Assembly: GCA_964016885.1 (NCBI GenBank) | Contig: OZ024756.1 | Coordinates: 27,342,001 to 27,406,000 of the forward strand | DNA length: 64,000 nucleotides | Source of the DNA: Eledone cirrhosa | Lineage: Eukaryota | Direction of reading: 5' to 3' | Shown here: positions 26,683-39,527 of the stretch, in pieces | Numbering within the stretch: position 1 is the first letter of the stretch | Layout of the letters: the number at the start of each line of letters is the position of its first letter | The notes under the pieces: generated by a model | Database searches by the model: none | What the model was told of the DNA's origin: nothing | Seen by the model: the letters and a program-made list of their open reading frames with translations, nothing else | Translations under genes and position numbers: made by a program

Positions 26683-27103
26683 ACATATCCTGGAAGTTAA
26701 CATTCGCTGTAAGATTTGTAAAAAATAGCAGAATCTGACAATTCTGTAACAATGAGAGGTGGTTGGTGCTTTCAGCTTAATTGGGCTAATTACGTTAGAT
26801 ATGATTCCACTGGTGTTTTGGTTTCATACATACACACGCACATATACACACATACACACACACGCATACATACACAATCATACACAGACACACACATGCA
26901 CATGCACACACATACATGCATACATACATACATGCATACATACATACATACAGACACATACACATACACAGACACAGACACATACACACACACATACACA
27001 TGCATACACACACACATACGTACACACATATATACACATACATACATACATACATACATACATACATACATACATACATACATACATACATACATACATA
27101 CAT
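26566..27103. repeat. Left copy of ~538-bp direct repeat flanking the LINE (putative target-site duplication)
   Basis: Matches 30281-30818 by eye, offset 3715. Confidence 0.9.
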
Positions 27104-27142
27104 GATGGCTGCCCCCTCGTTATCGAGTATGGCCATTGCACA

Positions 27143-27226
<84 letters not shown>

Positions 27227-27305
27227 GCAATAATAATAATAACGACAACAACAATAATAATATACATATTCATATATATATACACACACACGCACGCACA
27301 TAAGC

Positions 27306-27343
<38 letters not shown>

Positions 27344-30280
27344 GATAGCAACTAACAGTGCTGCGATCGAATGTGGCTTTTTAGCCCAGCCAATGATCCA
27401 AAATGTCTTGCACAGAGTCGGCAACCAAAACATTTACTGGGAATAGTCGGCTGTGGTTGGAGTTCGTGTACTTTTGCATGTCGCTTGAGTCCTCCTGCTG
27501 ATTTACATTCTCTACCACATGTTTGGCAAGCATGATGAGTAGCATCTCCAACAGCAGCCTGGTAGTCAACCACTGGTCTTACTTTATGACTGCGAAGATG
27601 ACTTTCGAGTCCAGCTTTGCTTAGGCAGAGTCTCGCACAGACGCTGCATGTCAGAAACATAGGAGGACCCTCGCCGTCTGGAAGTGCAACAGCAATACCC
27701 TTCCTCACGTCCCGCTTTACTTTCTCGTGTGCGATTCGAGATGCCTCAAAGGCAACTTTTCCCTCATATACAGTCTTTCTCCATTTATTACGATCAGCAG
27801 CAATATTTTCCCATGTATCAGCAGAGATGTTAGCGTCTTTCAGAGAGGCCCTCAAGGAATCCTTATACCTCTTTTTTGGTTTATGTGGCGGTCGTTTTCC
27901 TTTAACCAACTCTCCATAGAAGAGTTGTTTTGGTATTCTAGAATCCTTCATCCTGGCAAGGTGACCACTCCAACGGAGTCGCTGCTTAAGCACAAGAGCT
28001 TCTATACTGTCACACATAGAGCTTTCCAAAATCTCGACATCACTGATGTGGTCCCTCCAGCGAACGCCATGTATCCGTCTGAGACACATCTGATGGAAAC
28101 GCTCCAATTGCTTAAGGTGGCGTCGATATGTGACCCAGGTCTCGCAGGCATAAAGAAGACAAGAGAGTACACATGCCCTGTACACCTTTACCTTTGTCCT
28201 CCTGCATATGTCTCGCCGACCCCAGAGTCGCCTTTCTAGCTTTCCGAAAGCATCACTTGCTTTCCTAATCCTAAGTGAGATTTCACCGTCAAGGTTGCCG
28301 TATCGATTGACAGTGCTTCCCAGGTAGACAAACTGATCAACCACTCCAAGTCGTTTGCCATACACATAGATGTTTGGTTCAGTGTACTGCCCACCAGGTG
28401 CAGGTTGGTACATGACGACGGTTTTCTTGAGACTGACAGTCAAACCCAGGGCAGTGCAAGCGTCAGAAAATACATTCAAAATGTGCTGCATATCACTCTC
28501 TGTGTGCGCTACAAGATCGCAATCATCTGCATACAAGAGGTCTCTTATGACTGATGTAAATACTTTTGTCTTCGCAGCAAAGCGCCTGATGTTAAATATG
28601 CTGCCTGAGGTTCGATATCGGATGTAAACACCATGCTCGCAATTCCTGAATGCAACACAGAAAACCATTGCAAAGTATATGGCAAACAGGGTCGGTGCTG
28701 GAATATCCCCCTGTTTCACTCCATTTTTTACTGAGATAGGCTCCGACATGTTACCTCCGACATTAACCCAAGCCTTCATGTCGTCATGGAAAGACCTAAC
28801 TAAAGCAAGGAACTTATCAGGGCAACCAAGTTTCTGGAGAACCTTCCATAATGCATCTCTGTTGACAGTATCGAAAGCCTTTGTCAGATCGACAAAAACC
28901 TGATACAGATCCAAGCCCTGTTCAATGCACTTCTCCTGGAGCTGTCTAGCTGAGAAGATCATATCAGTAGTGCCGCGTCCAACACGAAAACCAGATTGAC
29001 TTTCAGGAAGGACACAATCTGCAATGTGTGTCAGCAGACGGTCCAGAAGCACCCTACATAAAACTTTCCCCACGACAGAAAGCAATGATATACCTCTGTA
29101 GTTCCCACAATCATTCCTGTTACCCTTTCCCTTGTACAAGACCACCATTACTGCATCTCTCCAGTCCTCAGGCACGGATTCATTAGCCCATATCCTTCCA
29201 AACAGAGAGTGAAGATGCTGCAGGAGTCTCTCACCACCATATTGTAGGAGCTCAGCATGTATGCCATCCATACCTGGAGATCTTCCACTGTTCAGCTTCG
29301 AAATAGCCACTGCAACCTCCACAAGTGTCGGAGGCTCTGCGAGAGCTACTTTCACAGGACTTTCCGGAATGAGATTGAGGAAATCTTCACTGACGACAGA
29401 CGGCTGATTCAAAAGATCATCAAAGTGCTCCCGCCACCTTCGTAGAATTCCCTGTGAGTCACGAAGAAGTTCTTTGCCATCCCTGCTGCGAATCGGTGTC
29501 ACCAGAGAAGAAGACGGTCCATAAACCTCACGCAAGAGACTGTACAACAGCTTTGTGTTATTGCAATCAGACGCAGTTTGTATCTCACCAGCCTTCTCAC
29601 TCCACCACTGATCCTTCATCTGAGAAAGACTCCGCCTAACACGTGATTTTACATCCCTGAGCTCCTCATGCAACGTATTCCTCTCCTGTGGTCTTGCCGT
29701 CAAGTAGCGTGACAGAGCGCGCCTCTTATCAGCCAACAAGTCATCTATATGCACATCTTTCTCATCAAACCAGTCCTGATGTTTTCTCTGCACCAATCCC
29801 AGAACACGTCTGCCTACATCATAAACCGACTTCCTAAGGGTCGGCCAATCCTCACCAAGATCTGCAGCCTGCATCTCTTCTTCCAATGTCCTCTTCACAT
29901 TTTTATCCTTAAGACGAGCAGCATTCAATCTTTTGGGCAGGGTAACACCAGGAGCCCGGATTTTACGTTTGGTGATTAGATTCACTTTTGCGCGTACCAG
30001 GCGGTGGTCCGTCCAGCACTCAGCTCCACGAAGAACACGAACACACCGCACATCCTGTCTGTCACGCATCCTGACTAGGACGTAGTCCAAAAGATGCCAT
30101 TCCTTAGATGCAGGATGCATCCATGTGGTCTTGAATTTGTTCTTTTGTTGGAACATGGTGTTGGTAACACACAGATCCAGCTCCTCACACATCTGCAGCA
30201 AGAGCATACCATTGCTGTTACACTTTCCCACCCCATGCCTTCCGATTACATTCCATGTGTTAAAATCCCTACCCACTCTA
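27104..30280 (-). mobile_element. Full extent of the RTE/BovB-like LINE insertion, including 3' UTR stem-loop and (TATG)n tail
   Basis: ORF plus 3' terminus ATGGCCATACTCGATAACGAGGGGGCAGCCATCA running into (TGTA)n; bounded by direct repeats 26566-27103 and 30281-30818. Confidence 0.9.
27352..30276 (-). CDS. RTE/BovB-clade LINE ORF: C-terminal part of APE endonuclease, reverse transcriptase, three C2H2 zinc fingers; 5'-truncated, no internal stops
   Basis: 974-aa ORF. APE motifs (ARVGRD, TTWMHP, LLDYVLV, TDH). RT motifs (YRGISLLS, QSGFR, FVDLTKAFD, GVKQGD, LLYADD, YLGS). RTE thumb (LRWSGH..RM). Three CxxC-x12-H-x3/4-H fingers at the C-terminus. Confidence 0.95.
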   Translation of the reverse strand: MGRDFNTWNVIGRHGVGKCNSNGMLLLQMCEELDLCVTNTMFQQKNKFKTTWMHPASKEWHLLDYVLVRMRDRQDVRCVRVLRGAECWTDHRLVRAKVNLITKRKIRAPGVTLPKRLNAARLKDKNVKRTLEEEMQAADLGEDWPTLRKSVYDVGRRVLGLVQRKHQDWFDEKDVHIDDLLADKRRALSRYLTARPQERNTLHEELRDVKSRVRRSLSQMKDQWWSEKAGEIQTASDCNNTKLLYSLLREVYGPSSSLVTPIRSRDGKELLRDSQGILRRWREHFDDLLNQPSVVSEDFLNLIPESPVKVALAEPPTLVEVAVAISKLNSGRSPGMDGIHAELLQYGGERLLQHLHSLFGRIWANESVPEDWRDAVMVVLYKGKGNRNDCGNYRGISLLSVVGKVLCRVLLDRLLTHIADCVLPESQSGFRVGRGTTDMIFSARQLQEKCIEQGLDLYQVFVDLTKAFDTVNRDALWKVLQKLGCPDKFLALVRSFHDDMKAWVNVGGNMSEPISVKNGVKQGDIPAPTLFAIYFAMVFCVAFRNCEHGVYIRYRTSGSIFNIRRFAAKTKVFTSVIRDLLYADDCDLVAHTESDMQHILNVFSDACTALGLTVSLKKTVVMYQPAPGGQYTEPNIYVYGKRLGVVDQFVYLGSTVNRYGNLDGEISLRIRKASDAFGKLERRLWGRRDICRRTKVKVYRACVLSCLLYACETWVTYRRHLKQLERFHQMCLRRIHGVRWRDHISDVEILESSMCDSIEALVLKQRLRWSGHLARMKDSRIPKQLFYGELVKGKRPPHKPKKRYKDSLRASLKDANISADTWENIAADRNKWRKTVYEGKVAFEASRIAHEKVKRDVRKGIAVALPDGEGPPMFLTCSVCARLCLSKAGLESHLRSHKVRPVVDYQAAVGDATHHACQTCGRECKSAGGLKRHAKVHELQPQPTIPSKCFGCRLCARHFGSLAGLKSHIRSQHC

Positions 30281-30818
30281 GCTTAGGGATCCAGCCGAAT
30301 CACTTGGAGACGGTTGCTTCTGACAGGACCCGCTGGAAGGAGTCTTTGAGGACTCTTCTCCCATGATCCTCTCAGGAATAAGTGGGTGAAGAAGAAGACA
30401 TATCCTGGAAGTTAACATTCGCTGTAAGATTTGTAAAAAATAGCAGAATCTGACAATTCTGTAACAATGAGAGGTGGTTGGTGCTTTCAGCTTAATTGGG
30501 CTAATTACGTTAGATATGATTCCACTGGTGTTTTGGTTTCATACATACACACGCACATATACACACATACACACACACGCATACATACACAATCATACAC
30601 AGACACACACATGCACATGCACACACATACATGCATACATACATACATGCATACATACATACATACAGACACATACACATACACAGACACAGACACATAC
30701 ACACACACATACACATGCATACACACACACATACGTACACACATATATACACATACATACATACATACATACATACATACATACATACATACATACATAC
30801 ATACATACATACATACAT
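30281..30818. repeat. Right copy of ~538-bp direct repeat flanking the LINE
   Basis: Starts GCTTAGGGATCCAGCCGAATC exactly at the LINE 5' truncation point. Confidence 0.9.
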
Positions 30819-30842
30819 ACATACATACATACATACATACAG

Positions 30843-31235
30843 AGTGATTATTGGGGCACTGGGATATGTTAGTAGCTGCCTCAATACAAATCTTGAGAAG
30901 CTGGGCTTCACAGGAACAGAAAGAACACAACTAGTTAGGAAATTACAAGTACAATCCATTAATGGAACAGTAAAAATATGTAAGACATTCCAAAAATGGT
31001 GCATCTAATAACTGCATATACACATATACAGATGCAAAGCATATACACATGCACACATACAACTCAAAACATACACATCCACACATACAATAACATCCAT
31101 ATCTACACATGCATACATACATACCTACCTAGTTGATGTTGTGTAAATTCCAATGAGAGAGTATTGTGTCTATGTTAGAAACCGACTCTCTCTCTCTATT
31201 GGTAAAACTTTGTGAAATTATAAAACCAGAAGAAC
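30843..31235 (+). mobile_element. R4/Dong-like LINE 3' fragment with (CATA)n tail; partial second 3' end at 31335-31440
   Basis: VIIGALGYV...LQVQSINGTVKICKTF*; (ACAT)n on both sides. Confidence 0.65.
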
Positions 31236-31714
31236 ATACATACATACATACATACATACATACATACATACATACATACATACATACATACATACATACA
31301 TACATACATACATACATGCATACATACATATCTATCTAGTTGATGTGTATATTCCAATGAGAGAGTCTTGTGTCTATTAGAAAACGACTCTCTCTCTATC
31401 TATTGGCAAACATTTATAAAATTATAAAACCAGAACATACACATACATACACACATACATACATACACACACACCACACACACACATATATATATATATA
31501 TACACATACACACATTCATACATACACCCACACACACACGTGCACACATACGCACACACCCATACATATACACACATTCATACATACACCCACAAACACA
31601 CACACGCACACACACACGCACACACCCATACATATACACACATTCATACATACAAAGACACACACACGCGCGCACGCGCGCACGCGCACACACATTCACA
31701 TACACACATACATA

Positions 31715-31749
<35 letters not shown>

Positions 31750-33095
31750 TACACACATACACACACACATTTGCAGTGCATATTCTAAATAAATAGAGAA
31801 ACTATGAACAGAATAAGGAAGCTATATAACGCCATTGTAGAATTTCCAGAACATTCTTTTGTCCAATAGACTGCGTCTCATATTAACTGGACTGCTCATA
31901 TTGGCCAGTGTGTGTGTGTATGTGTGTGTATGGGGGTATGTGTGTATGTGTGTGTGTATGTATGTATGTGTATGCGTATATATGTGTTTGTATGTGTGTA
32001 TGTATGTGTGTGTATTTGTGTGTGTGGATGTGTGTGGATGTGTGGATGTGTGTATATATGTGTATGCGTTTATGTATGTGTATGCGTATATATGTGTTTG
32101 TATGTGTGTGTGTATGTTTGTGTATTTGTGCGTGTGGGTGGGTGTGTTTGTATGTGTGTATGTGTGTTTCTGTGTTTCTGTGTGTGTGTGTGTGTGTGTG
32201 TCTATGTATATGTATGTGTGTGAGAGTGTATTGAACTGCTCTTATTGTGAATGTGTGTATGTAAATGTGTGTGTGTGTGTGTGCAGGTGTGTGGGTTTGT
32301 GTGGGCGTGTGTGAGTGTGTGCCTGTGTGTGTGTGTGAGTGTGCAGGTGTGTGTGTATATATATGTATGGTTCAGAACGCACGTGTACGTTGCTTCTTCT
32401 TGTTACTCTTGTAGTTGTTGTTGTTGTTGTTGTTGTTGTTACTGCTGTGGTTGTTGTGGTTGTTGTTGTTGTTGTTGTTGTTGTTACTATTGTAGTGGTT
32501 GTTGTTGTTGTTGTTGTTGTTGTTGTTACTATTGTTGTTGTTAGTGGTTGTTGTTGTTACTGTTGTCGTTGTAGTCTGTGCTCCTGTCCTTGTTTACAGC
32601 AGCAATAATAATGGTTTCTTATATAGGCACAAGGCCAGCAATTTGGGGGGAGGGGAAAATCGATTAAATCGACCCCAGTTGGTTCTATGTAAGTCTGTTG
32701 TTTATCTCTTGTCGTAATATTTTATGTATTTGTTTCTGTTTTGGACGAAAAATGTTCGTGAATCTTTTCTGTCCATTCTATGGTTTCTCTTCGTCTCACA
32801 GGCATCTTACCTACCCTACAAAGCCGTTTTCTAATCTGTTGCACAAGCTGGCGTTACAAGTGCAATGCAGCTCAATGCGCGAAATTGCATGCCAAGGTGG
32901 CTGACGAAGTAAAGGTGCAGCTGTTTGTTTGTCTTATGTAACTGTTTTTCTGAGTGCATTTTCAACTTATATATATTTAAACGTATATTATTACTCTAAG
33001 GACCTACCCTTATTGAGTGCTTTGCTAACTCATTCATATTGTAGGTCGACTTTGCTTGCCCACAGCCAAAGCTTCGACCTTACTAAGCTTCCACT

Positions 33096-33159
<64 letters not shown>

Positions 33160-33236
33160 CAGGATGTCCCAAAATATGTATACACAGTTCAACAGCATTC
33201 TATTAAAAGTGTGTATACATTATTGGGGACACCCTG
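33160..33236. mobile_element. 77-bp Tc1/mariner MITE
   Basis: TA-CAGGATGTCCC...GGGACACCCTG-TA with ~27-bp imperfect TIRs. Confidence 0.75.
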
Positions 33237-33368
<132 letters not shown>

Positions 33369-33475
33369 AAATTAGCAAGAGACACAAAACTCCCCGTTCA
33401 TCAGCCTGTTCATGAAAATGGATATAACAGTTTCGACGGCACTGCTGGTCCAACCGGGTTCACCATGTGAAAGGC

Positions 33476-33583
<108 letters not shown>

Positions 33584-33604
33584 AACTGTCATGTAGAAGC
33601 CATT

Positions 33605-33635
<31 letters not shown>

Positions 33636-33809
33636 ATATATATGCATACATATATATACAGAAATAGCCGTCGAACGGCTTGAGCTCTGCCGTCCGGGTC
33701 CAACATTTTCCTATATATATATATATATATATAAATTAAATGAAGAAGTAAGTAGGTAAAGATTTTTTTTCTTATCTTGTTTGCTTTTCCCATATATCAT
33801 TATATACAT

Positions 33810-34210
33810 ATAGTGTTAAATGGTCAAGACTGTGTTAATTGGACGACAGGGTCACTTCAGAAGCTCTGTACATTCCAGAACTACATCATGAGACTTATGA
33901 CTGGCAAGCGGCTCAGCGACCGTATCTGTCTCAGTGAGCTATTCAACATTACCAAACTTAGACCAATTACATCAATTATCAAGTACATCGATTATCAAGA
34001 GTACTCAAACTATACGGCCATATGGAAGGAAGGAAGGTTGGCTGGTAAGAGAAGCAGAGGCCGGCAGCCAAAACGATAACTTAATAATGTCAACTTATGG
34101 ACTAGACTTTATCTTTGCTCTCTGAACTCTGCTGCTGGTGATCGAACTTTGTGGAGAGATATCACATGTTGATGCGCAGTCTACAAATGGCGAGTTTAGC
34201 GTCACAAGAA
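33810..34210 (+). mobile_element. Degenerate RTE LINE 3' fragment
   Basis: KLCTFQNYIMRLMTGKRLSDRI...EGRLAGKRSRGRQPKR. Confidence 0.7.
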
Positions 34211-34218
34211 TATTTATA

Positions 34219-34267
<49 letters not shown>

Positions 34268-34271
<4 letters not shown>

Positions 34272-34470
34272 TTATTAAAACAACAGATTAAAGTTTAAGC
34301 AAAGAATCGCTGCTTTCACCCTTAACGGGATCTTCTGAAACTCAGTTAAGGGTGAAAGCAGCGATTTTTTGCTTAAACTTTAATCTGTTATTTTAATAGA
34401 TATTTGCTCTATGGTTCTTATATATTTGATATATATTTATCCTTATCGAGCCCTCTTTGGATGTTAGTCT
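34268..34470. mobile_element. Fold-back element with hammerhead (family H) next to (TA)n; second copy at 36991-37195
   Basis: Minus 34292-34342: AGTTT-CAGAAGA-T-CCC gttaa GGG-T-GAA-AGCAG...TTGCT-T-AAACT (U4 mutated); ~60-bp inverted arms centred on the core. Confidence 0.65.
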
Positions 34471-35153
34471 AATATAAAAGAAATAATAATTTTTTTGCCC
34501 GAATCTTTTAGAGAAGGGCCTTAAATATCATATAGCTTAGAGCTTCAGAGGGTGAATGTCTGGCCTTGTTGACCATACTCTACCAGACTATTGTGCCTAT
34601 CCAACTTCAACAAAACCACTTGAAATATAATGAAATACATGAAATCACGTAAACAAACGAATCTCCATGTCGAATGTAATTGGTAGAAAGATCGATGAGG
34701 AGAGGATTGAGGGTGGATGGAGAAAGAGGGAGTTAAGAGGGAGAAAAGAAATGCTAGGTAATGATAGAAAAAGATGAGAGAGGGGGAGGATAAAACAGGT
34801 TTTTTTTTCCAGATTGAGATTGTTGGGATGGGTTGAGGTTGAACTGCGTGGTTTGCTCTGAAGGGGACTGTGGGGGTGGATTGAGGTTGAACTGCTTGGT
34901 TTGCTCTGAAGGGGACTGTGGGGGTGGATTGAGGTTGAACTGCTTGGTTTGCTCTGAAGGGGAATGTGGGGGTGGGTTGTTTAAACAGTAGGGCCCTTAA
35001 TGTTTATCACTATTCTATTTATGAAAGAAGACTGATTGGTCATCTGTGTAATATTGGACGTAATGCAGCATGCTGAACAACAGCAACAGTAACAACAACT
35101 ACAACAACAACTACAACAACAACTACAGTAACAACAACAACAGCAACAACAGT

Positions 35154-35196
<43 letters not shown>

Positions 35197-35543
35197 GTAA
35201 CAACTACAAGAACAGTGCCAATAGTAACAGCAACTACAGCAACAACTTCAACAGAAAAAAACAGTAACAACAACACCACCAACAACAGCATGCTGAACAA
35301 CAATAACAACAACAGCAGCAACACCAACAGTAAGAACAAAAATACCAACAATAACAACAACTACTACAACAACAACAATAACATAAATAATAATATAAAT
35401 AATATAAATAATATAAATAATAATTATTATTGCTATTTTAATGATGATGATGATGATGATGATGTCCTTGATGGTGATGATGATGGTGGTGATGACGAGT
35501 ATGATGTTGATGATGATGATGATGATGATGACGATGATGATGG

Positions 35544-35581
<38 letters not shown>

Positions 35582-35600
35582 GTGATGACGATGATGATGG

Positions 35601-35638
<38 letters not shown>

Positions 35639-35952
35639 GTGATGGTGGTGATGATGATGATGATGGTGATGATGATGGTGATGGTGGTGATGATGATGAT
35701 GATGGTGATGATGATGGTGATGATGATGGTGATGATGATGGTGATGATGATGGTGGTTATGATGGTGATGGTGGTGATGGTGATGATGATGGTGATGATG
35801 ATGGTGGTGATGATGATGGTAAGGCCTGAATTGTAAAAAATATTTGGTGGGAGAAAAAATATGAAACTAACCAATATAAAAAAAAATAGGAAAAAAGAAC
35901 TGAAATTCATTGATGAATAGTTCATTGGTCACGTGGGTTTCTAGCACATAAA

Positions 35953-36067
<115 letters not shown>

Positions 36068-36150
36068 GTGGGGGTTAGCATCTGTTTCCTGTGTTAGCCT
36101 AACTGAAGTATATGAAATGAAACCACCAACACACAATGATCAAAGCGATT

Positions 36151-36223
<73 letters not shown>

Positions 36224-36640
36224 AAAACATGAGAAGAAAGAAGGATACTGCGTGGTTGCACATGGGTTACATATGATAAAAATAGTCCTTCGTCAGTGAT
36301 TTTCCAACCATCATTGGTATTTCATCGCATTAAAAATCATATATCTCAGGTTGGTGCGAGCAATAACTAAAAAAAGTTATTGGGACCAGTAAATCGCGTA
36401 AAGCGAGGGGGAGAAGTGAACAACATAGAAGGATAAAAGCAAAACAAAGAAAGGAAATAAACAAGCAACATGGTAGTCCTGGTCAGCATAAGCTGGGTGG
36501 ATTTCATGAGCGAAAGGTACAGACACGTCCAGCATGAGTGGGATGTAAGCAAGAAGAGACCCACTGTGAGCCGAACGGGGGGAAGTGAGAAGGGGAGAAA
36601 CAGAGAGTGAGATATAATTATATATAATTCTGTATATATA

Positions 36641-36703
<63 letters not shown>

Positions 36704-36880
36704 TAGATAGATAGATATAGATATAGATATATTGTTATACTTTGGGAGGGTCATGTTGCCAAAAAGAAACACACGCACCAGTTGCTTTCACTCCAATTTA
36801 TTATAAATTAAATTTATAAATTTAAGAATTTATAAATTTCCGGTTGGTTGGTCCCACAACCGGACGATTGTTCATATATT

Positions 36881-36923
36881 GTCAAAGTTCTTTCGGCACA
36901 CATTCTGTGACCTCTTCAGTGAC
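36881..36923 (-). ncRNA. Type-I hammerhead, family E
   Basis: GTCA-CTGAAGA-G-GTCACA gaatg TGTGCC-GAAA-GAAC-TT-TGAC. Confidence 0.7.
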
Positions 36924-37334
36924 TGGGGATTCTTTTCTTTGTTTTGTGCTTCTCCTTTGTTCCGTCCTACGCCTATATATATATATATATATTAAAATAA
37001 CAGATTAAAGTTTAAGCAAAGAATCGCTGCTTTCACCCTTAACGGGATTTTCAGACGATCCCGTTAAGGGTGAAAACAGCGATTATTTGCTTAAACTTTA
37101 ATCTGTTATTTTAATGAATATTTGCTCTGTGGTTTTTATATATTTGATATATATATATTATCCTTATCGAGCCTCTTCGGATTTTAGTCTTCACCTTTAT
37201 CATTATTACTATATATATATATATATATATATAATGGTAGCTAAGATGCTACGCCCCTTGAGCTGTTCGCCGGGCAAACAATTGTAACACATTATAAATT
37301 GAGTTCCGATGCATCACTGATTTTTCGTTTTCCA

Positions 37335-37412
<78 letters not shown>

Positions 37413-37589
37413 TTCTATATATAATTGTTTCTACTTTAGGCACAAGGCCAGCAATTACCCAGTACATTACTGGTACTTTATTTTATCGACCCCCGTAAGG
37501 ATGAAAGGCAAAGTTAACCTCGATATAATACGTATATATATAATTCTATATACATGGTGAACCCGGGATATATGTTCACTAAGTGTGAC

Positions 37590-37980
37590 CATCTTGCTCG
37601 TGGTCTACCCCTGAATCTCCTACCGGTTAGTTTTTGCCCCTAAAATCTGTCGAGTGATCTCTGAATTCAGAGAAATAGCAGCTCTCCTGGAGTGATTCTC
37701 TGATCTCCTAACTACAAATCTGTCCAGTGATTCTTTCCTGAGACATTCTAACCACATGCCCATAGTATCAGAGCTGTGATCTCTCAATTCAGAGAAATAG
37801 TGGCTCTACCTGGAGTGACTCTCTGATCTCCGAGCTACAAATGTGTCCAGTGATTCATTCCTGAGATATTCTAACAACATGCCCTTAATAATATCTGAGC
37901 TGTGATCTCTCAATTCGGAGAAATATCACCTCTACCTGGAGTGATTCTCTGATCTCCGAACTACACAGTCTATCGAGTTT
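37590..37980 (-). mobile_element. Second copy of the Rex3-like RTE fragment with about 3 units of the 123-bp repeat
   Basis: Reverse complement of the 25871-26480 units, with the same unit junction. Confidence 0.8.
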
Positions 37981-38921
37981 TATCAATATCTAATATGAAT
38001 TAATATGAGTTAATGACCATTAACATCAATTAATTGACATTAATTGAAGTTAATTTTCTATCAATTAATAAAATCTTCAAAGTACAAAACAGAAAGAAGC
38101 GAGCAATCATGGATCGTTTGTAAAACATAATTCGTTATCATCATTATCGATATTTTTTATAGATTTCTTATCTACGGTTGATTTTTATCAAATTTATCAA
38201 ATCCTTTATTTTCTTCGTTTTTTTTGTATATTTATTTTAGAAATTTTTTACTTATTTATTTGGTGTGGGGGGGGGGGGGGTAGTGGGGAATAGGGAAGGC
38301 GGGTTACATTTTTTAGCTTTTTTTAAATCATTAGGAATTAATCTATATATTAAATGTTCTCCACATATGCCATATTGTAGGATTATTAGAGGAACCAAGG
38401 AAGATGAAATGCAATGGAATTACATTTACGATTATAGATTCGTAGCCAGAGAATTTCTGCTAAATATCAAAATATAAATAATTGTTTCTACTTAAGGCCT
38501 TGTGCCAAAAGTAGAAACAATTATTTATTTTCCCTGAAGGGTCTATTTAATCGTCTGTGTTTATGTAGACACGCGGTGTCTTAAATTAAGACGAGGGGTT
38601 GTCATGGATGGATTGCCTTTAATCGTGTGTAGTCGATCAGGCCGCCATGCTAATATACAAAAGACAATCTACCTCTTCTCAGTATGTTATGGTAATAAAA
38701 CACGTTGTTGGACCGCTATGTTATCCACGGTGGATATTCACATGTTTACCGTTTCTTTGTACGTCACATAACGTTATAAAAAGAAATCCGGTTTTCTTCA
38801 ATAGTTATTCATAGACAGCTTGGAAAGTATCCAATATCGGTATCAATATTTCTGAATGATACCTTCTGTTATTTTTTTTATTTTTATTATTTTGTATTTT
38901 TGCAATCTCCAACCGAACAGA

Positions 38922-38978
<57 letters not shown>

Positions 38979-38979
38979 G

Positions 38980-39297
38980 TTCTTTGAGTCTCAGTCATTG
39001 ATGTTATTTAACTGGAAAGTTTGTTGAAATGAATATCAAGCCACTACCTGCAGCCTCAGATATTCAGGACGTATCGGAGGGTTCTTGCTGTTCCAAGCAA
39101 GCATGCCTTTTGAAGTGTTCCAAAAAAAGGGGTCTGGACTAATGTTCTTTGACCATCCTTGAAAACTCTTCGAGATAGTACCTAGTGTTCCTATGACAAT
39201 TGGGATGACCTTGATCTCATGACAGTCCAAAATCCTTTTTAACTCCCACTTTAAATCCTGGTATCGGTTAATTTTCTCCTTCTCCTTCTCTTGCACT
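38980..39297 (-). mobile_element. R4/Dong-clade LINE 3' fragment with (TAA)n tail
   Basis: KEKEKINRYQDLKWELKRI...VIPIVIGTLG RLE motif; (ATT)n tract at 38922-38978. Confidence 0.8.
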
Positions 39298-39494
39298 CTT
39301 GTTGTTGTTGTTGCTGTTGTTGTTGTTGTTGTTGTTCTTCTTCTTCTTCTTCTTCTTCTTCTTCTTCTTCTTCTTCTTCTTCTTCTTCTTCTTCTTGCTC
39401 TTGTATGCATTAGCTTATTTACTTTGTTTCCACTGCAAAACGGAATGTAGCTTCGTGAACCTTGAGTGTATGCAACGTTTGTTTAGGATACGAG

Positions 39495-39527
<33 letters not shown>

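Noticed and set aside
27381-30366. Plus-strand and alternate-frame ORFs over the LINE
   Set aside because: Antisense shadows of the RTE ORF with no recognisable motifs
34830-34980. 3 x ~47-bp G-rich repeat (possible G-quadruplex)
   Set aside because: Ordinary minisatellite with no evidence of function
35215-35829. Asn/Asp-rich 204-aa ORF resembling an acidic biomineralisation protein
   Set aside because: Entirely (AAC)/(GAT)/(GGT) repeat with a non-ATG start and no signal peptide or splice support
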